NCBI GenBank assembly: GCA_963678465.1
Contig: OY782858.1
Coordinates: forward strand, 877,810 to 941,809
Direction of reading: 5' to 3'
Source: an uncultured Paludibacter sp.
GTDB taxonomy: Bacteria > Bacteroidota > Bacteroidia > Bacteroidales > Paludibacteraceae
Length of the DNA: 64,000 bases
Below the pieces are notes generated by a model. It did no database searches. It was given only the letters and a program-made list of their open reading frames with translations, and was not told where the DNA came from. Positions 61,000 to 64,000 of this stretch are shown in pieces. A program made the translations under genes and the position numbers. The first letter of the stretch is position 1, and every line of letters begins with the position of its first letter.

Positions 61000-61815
61000 T
61001 TACTTGCTGAATTTAAATGCATCCTGTACTCCCTGCGCCCGAACCATGTAAATACCTTTTTCGAAATTATTTGTATTAATAGTTGTATTCGATTTTGCAA
61101 TTAATTTACCCAATACATTATAAACTTCAAGGCTGAGATTTTTTTCATTTACAATATCGGTACCATTGAATGAAACGACTTTGTCAATCGTTGGTTTGTT
61201 TACCGAAGTTTTAATATCGTAATTTGTTGCGCTTAAGTAATACAGGTTGATTGCATTATTACAAAAAAGATAAAGTGTAGTTGCAGGACCGGTGTAAGTT
61301 ACTGAATATTCGGCAATAACACCATCATCAGCCACATTCATAGTGCCTACTAATTTTGTACCATCGGTTACAAATAAGTTTCTTTGAGTTCCAGTTGATC
61401 CTGTTATTGCATGAGCTTTAATGGTACTGTTTCCGAGTACTTTGAAACTTAAATAACGTTGTGTTGGCATAAAGTAATCAACACCACTTACAGATGGAGT
61501 TGTTTGGCCTACAGCAGCACCGGGATAACCAGCACCATTAAACTTGAATCTGTTTGTATAAGTATAAACTGTTTCACCAATTGTTAATGATTTTGAACTG
61601 GCGTCAACCTGTCCCATATTAGCACCTTCAATGTTACCTGTATGAATTCCAAGTCCATCTTTGTATACCGTCTTATTAGGACCTGCTCCAATCCCTGTTG
61701 AAGTCGGAAAGTTTGTGGCATCGTTTCCCAACATCCAAACTTTGTCAGATCCTTGAGAGAACAATGTAGTAGTTGCTAATACAGAAACGAAAATAGTAAG
61801 TAAAGTTTTTTTCAT
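61000..61815 (-). CDS. Small T9SS-secreted protein
   Basis: Signal peptide; CTD LEVYNVLGKLI...GIYMVR...FKFSK. Confidence 0.8.
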   Translation of the reverse strand: MKKTLLTIFVSVLATTTLFSQGSDKVWMLGNDATNFPTSTGIGAGPNKTVYKDGLGIHTGNIEGANMGQVDASSKSLTIGETVYTYTNRFKFNGAGYPGAAVGQTTPSVSGVDYFMPTQRYLSFKVLGNSTIKAHAITGSTGTQRNLFVTDGTKLVGTMNVADDGVIAEYSVTYTGPATTLYLFCNNAINLYYLSATNYDIKTSVNKPTIDKVVSFNGTDIVNEKNLSLEVYNVLGKLIAKSNTTINTNNFEKGIYMVRAQGVQDAFKFSK

Positions 61816-62027
61816 AATGATATAAATTATTAGTTTGACATGTTGAGAATTATTGAGTCAAAAATAATATATCATTATATAAATGAGGTGTACATATTAT
61901 CGGAAGATGTGGATTAAATAACGATTTCGGAAGATAATCCGTACTTATAGAAGTGAGGTAATTGCAGATGTAGGGATAATAACTCTAAGTTGTCTTCTAA
62001 ACTTATGAAAGTAACTGCTTTATGTCT

Positions 62028-63278
62028 CTATTGGATACTTTTAACGCCAATCAGTCTGTCGTAGCGCTCGCCCCACCCGCGGTGGTAAACGTAAATGCTA
62101 TATTCGTTGCCGGTTTGCCAGTAACTGCCATCTACTTTTTCTACCGAAGCTTTTGAAGTTCCCTTTGGCACAAACCAATACTGGAAATTGTAGCCGCCCT
62201 GTTTAAGCAACAAAGTTTGATGATAAGCGCCTGCATTAAAGTCATATTTCAACCGCGAACGGTCGTTGAGCAAATTATAATTCAATTCTCCTCCCAAATA
62301 CAATTGTCCATCTAAAAAAGGAGTTTTCAGCGGAAGCATAAAATGCACATACATATAGTCGGCTTCCACATTGCTGTTCTCCACCGCCTCCTGGTAGTTA
62401 ATTACAAATTTACCATTCACATCAAAATCATGAATATAACTTTTGGAAGTCTGCACTTTGTTTTGAGTAAGAAACACTTCGTAGTGTGGTTGCTGGTAGC
62501 GAATATCCGCTATGCCTTCGCTGGCAGCATAAACCGACGAAATATCGAAACGGTGGTATTCATTTCCACCTTCGAAAATCAATGCTTTGTTGTTTTGGTA
62601 ACTCAATTTCGATCCTGAAATAAAAGTGGGTTGAATACCTGACACTTCGTTATCGAAACGATTGTTCTGACGCACGACTACCTTAAATTCACTGTTCACA
62701 TCGCGCACTTTATAGCCATTCATCTGTACATCAAAATCGAGCTGTTGCAGTCTTCCGCTCAGTTCGGTATCGGTATTTCCACGCAAAGCGGCAGTTATAT
62801 TTATTTGAGGCTCCACCACCGAGAAACAAACCTGAGCTACAGGCTGGTCTACCTTATTGTCTTCGTAAATAAACACAACGTAATTTCCTGAAATTTTCAA
62901 TCCAATATCTGTATTGGGTATCTCAAATTTATAATGGGTGTACTGAAAAGTAGTGACTTGTGAAAGGTTGACGTCGGTGATATTACCGGTTGTAAATCCA
63001 TTCAGATACTCATTTGTCAGCAGATTCGATACAGTCCAGTCGGCATTACAGTGCTTTATACTGTAGCCATAAAAATGAGTTTCGTGCGACATTTCGTCAA
63101 AACGAATGCGCAGCACATCCGGACCATTGAGTTCAATAATGGGCAACATGTATTTTTCGTCGTTCACTCCTATTTGAAGCGACTTGATGTTTTCGTCGAA
63201 AATTTGGGTGCGATATACTTTCTGTGCAAACGTGCACATGCTGAAAGCCGACAAAAGGATTAAAAGTAGTTTTCTCAT
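62028..63278 (-). CDS. DUF5103 protein (T9SS plug-like)
   Basis: HCNADW, SGNYVVFIY, VVRQNNRFD, FEGGNEY, LKQGGYNFQY, FWQT-like GNEY. Confidence 0.8.
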   Translation of the reverse strand: MRKLLLILLSAFSMCTFAQKVYRTQIFDENIKSLQIGVNDEKYMLPIIELNGPDVLRIRFDEMSHETHFYGYSIKHCNADWTVSNLLTNEYLNGFTTGNITDVNLSQVTTFQYTHYKFEIPNTDIGLKISGNYVVFIYEDNKVDQPVAQVCFSVVEPQINITAALRGNTDTELSGRLQQLDFDVQMNGYKVRDVNSEFKVVVRQNNRFDNEVSGIQPTFISGSKLSYQNNKALIFEGGNEYHRFDISSVYAASEGIADIRYQQPHYEVFLTQNKVQTSKSYIHDFDVNGKFVINYQEAVENSNVEADYMYVHFMLPLKTPFLDGQLYLGGELNYNLLNDRSRLKYDFNAGAYHQTLLLKQGGYNFQYWFVPKGTSKASVEKVDGSYWQTGNEYSIYVYHRGWGERYDRLIGVKSIQ

Positions 63279-63389
63279 TTTATAAAAGTATGGTCAAGTA
63301 TATTCAAATTTTCTGCCAAAAATATAGAAAACAATTATCAACACAGTTTCGCCGTAGTTCTCAAATAGCTCCTTCCGCCATTTCTCAAG

Positions 63390-64000
63390 CTATTTAATTA
63401 GTTTTGAGTAGGTTTTATTGCCTTTAAGATAATATTCGATCACTATGCTTTTACGCAGCATTTCCGGGAAATCAGTTCGTGTGGCCAATGATAGGTTTTC
63501 AATTCGTTTATCAACAAAACCGGGTAACATTTTTTTGAAATCTTTCCGTGCCTTGAATACACTTTTGGCATTTTGAGGCTTTCCGGTTACAAAAAGCTGA
63601 AAAGCGGCTGCATAATCGAAGAGCTTTCGCCATCTCATTATATTACTTAACGATTTTTGTGGCAAATTCTTATAAAGCATCAACAAATTGTTTCGGAAAT
63701 TGAGATAGGTTTTATGTGGATGTTCTACGTGTAAAGTGCCACCACCTACATGGAAAACAGTGCTTTGAGGAATACAGACAATTCGGAAACCACGGCTGCG
63801 TAATCTCCAGCAAAGGTCAATTTCTTCCATGTGAGCAAAGAATTCATCATCAAGTCCGCCAACCTGATTGTATAGTTCCGATCTGATCAGCAGACAAGCT
63901 CCTGTGGCCCAGAATACATCAATCACCGTATCATATTGTCCCCTGTCCTCCTCGGCTGTGCCAACCACTCTTCCTCTGCAAAACGGGAAACCCAGAAAGT
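63390..64000 (-). CDS. Glycosyltransferase family 2 (5'-truncated by window)
   Basis: FWATGACLLIR, FFAHMEEIDLCWR, VFHVGGGTL, YLNFRNNL. Confidence 0.9.
   Translation of the reverse strand, partial: FLGFPFCRGRVVGTAEEDRGQYDTVIDVFWATGACLLIRSELYNQVGGLDDEFFAHMEEIDLCWRLRSRGFRIVCIPQSTVFHVGGGTLHVEHPHKTYLNFRNNLLMLYKNLPQKSLSNIMRWRKLFDYAAAFQLFVTGKPQNAKSVFKARKDFKKMLPGFVDKRIENLSLATRTDFPEMLRKSIVIEYYLKGNKTYSKLIK

Overview
64 kb of an AT-rich Bacteroidales chromosome; gene content and order resemble Paludibacter (inference). TAnnTTTG -7 promoter boxes precede many genes. Most of the window is core housekeeping: nif3/zinc-ribbon, XRE-pyrK-pyrD, menG, lgt, secA, yihY, RNase P RNA, ndh, trpB2 with a Trp leader-peptide attenuator, yicC-gmk-nadD, rsmG, fabD, aspS, membrane pyrophosphatase, mtnN, tilS, nrfHA-ccs nitrite reductase locus, crcB, tkt, mntP, rlmB, rluA-like, and a T9SS plug-like gene. 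An accessory block at about 32.3-45.7 kb holds an 18 x 21-bp heptad-coding repeat, a tocopherol-cyclase-like gene, a REP-like hairpin, a coupled 'large partner + PIN nuclease' pair, an orphan DUF2442 gene, and a TPR histidine kinase/LytTR locus among T9SS-secreted and OmpA-family genes. No transposase, integrase, tRNA, rRNA or CRISPR-Cas was found. The least explained signals are the PIN pair, a 41-bp-phased palindromic array (60611-60798), the 21-bp array (32346-32723), two inverted 8-mer arrays (56833-56962, 59743-59838) and a candidate structured RNA (1628-1750). Protein identities come from motif recognition only; no database search was run.
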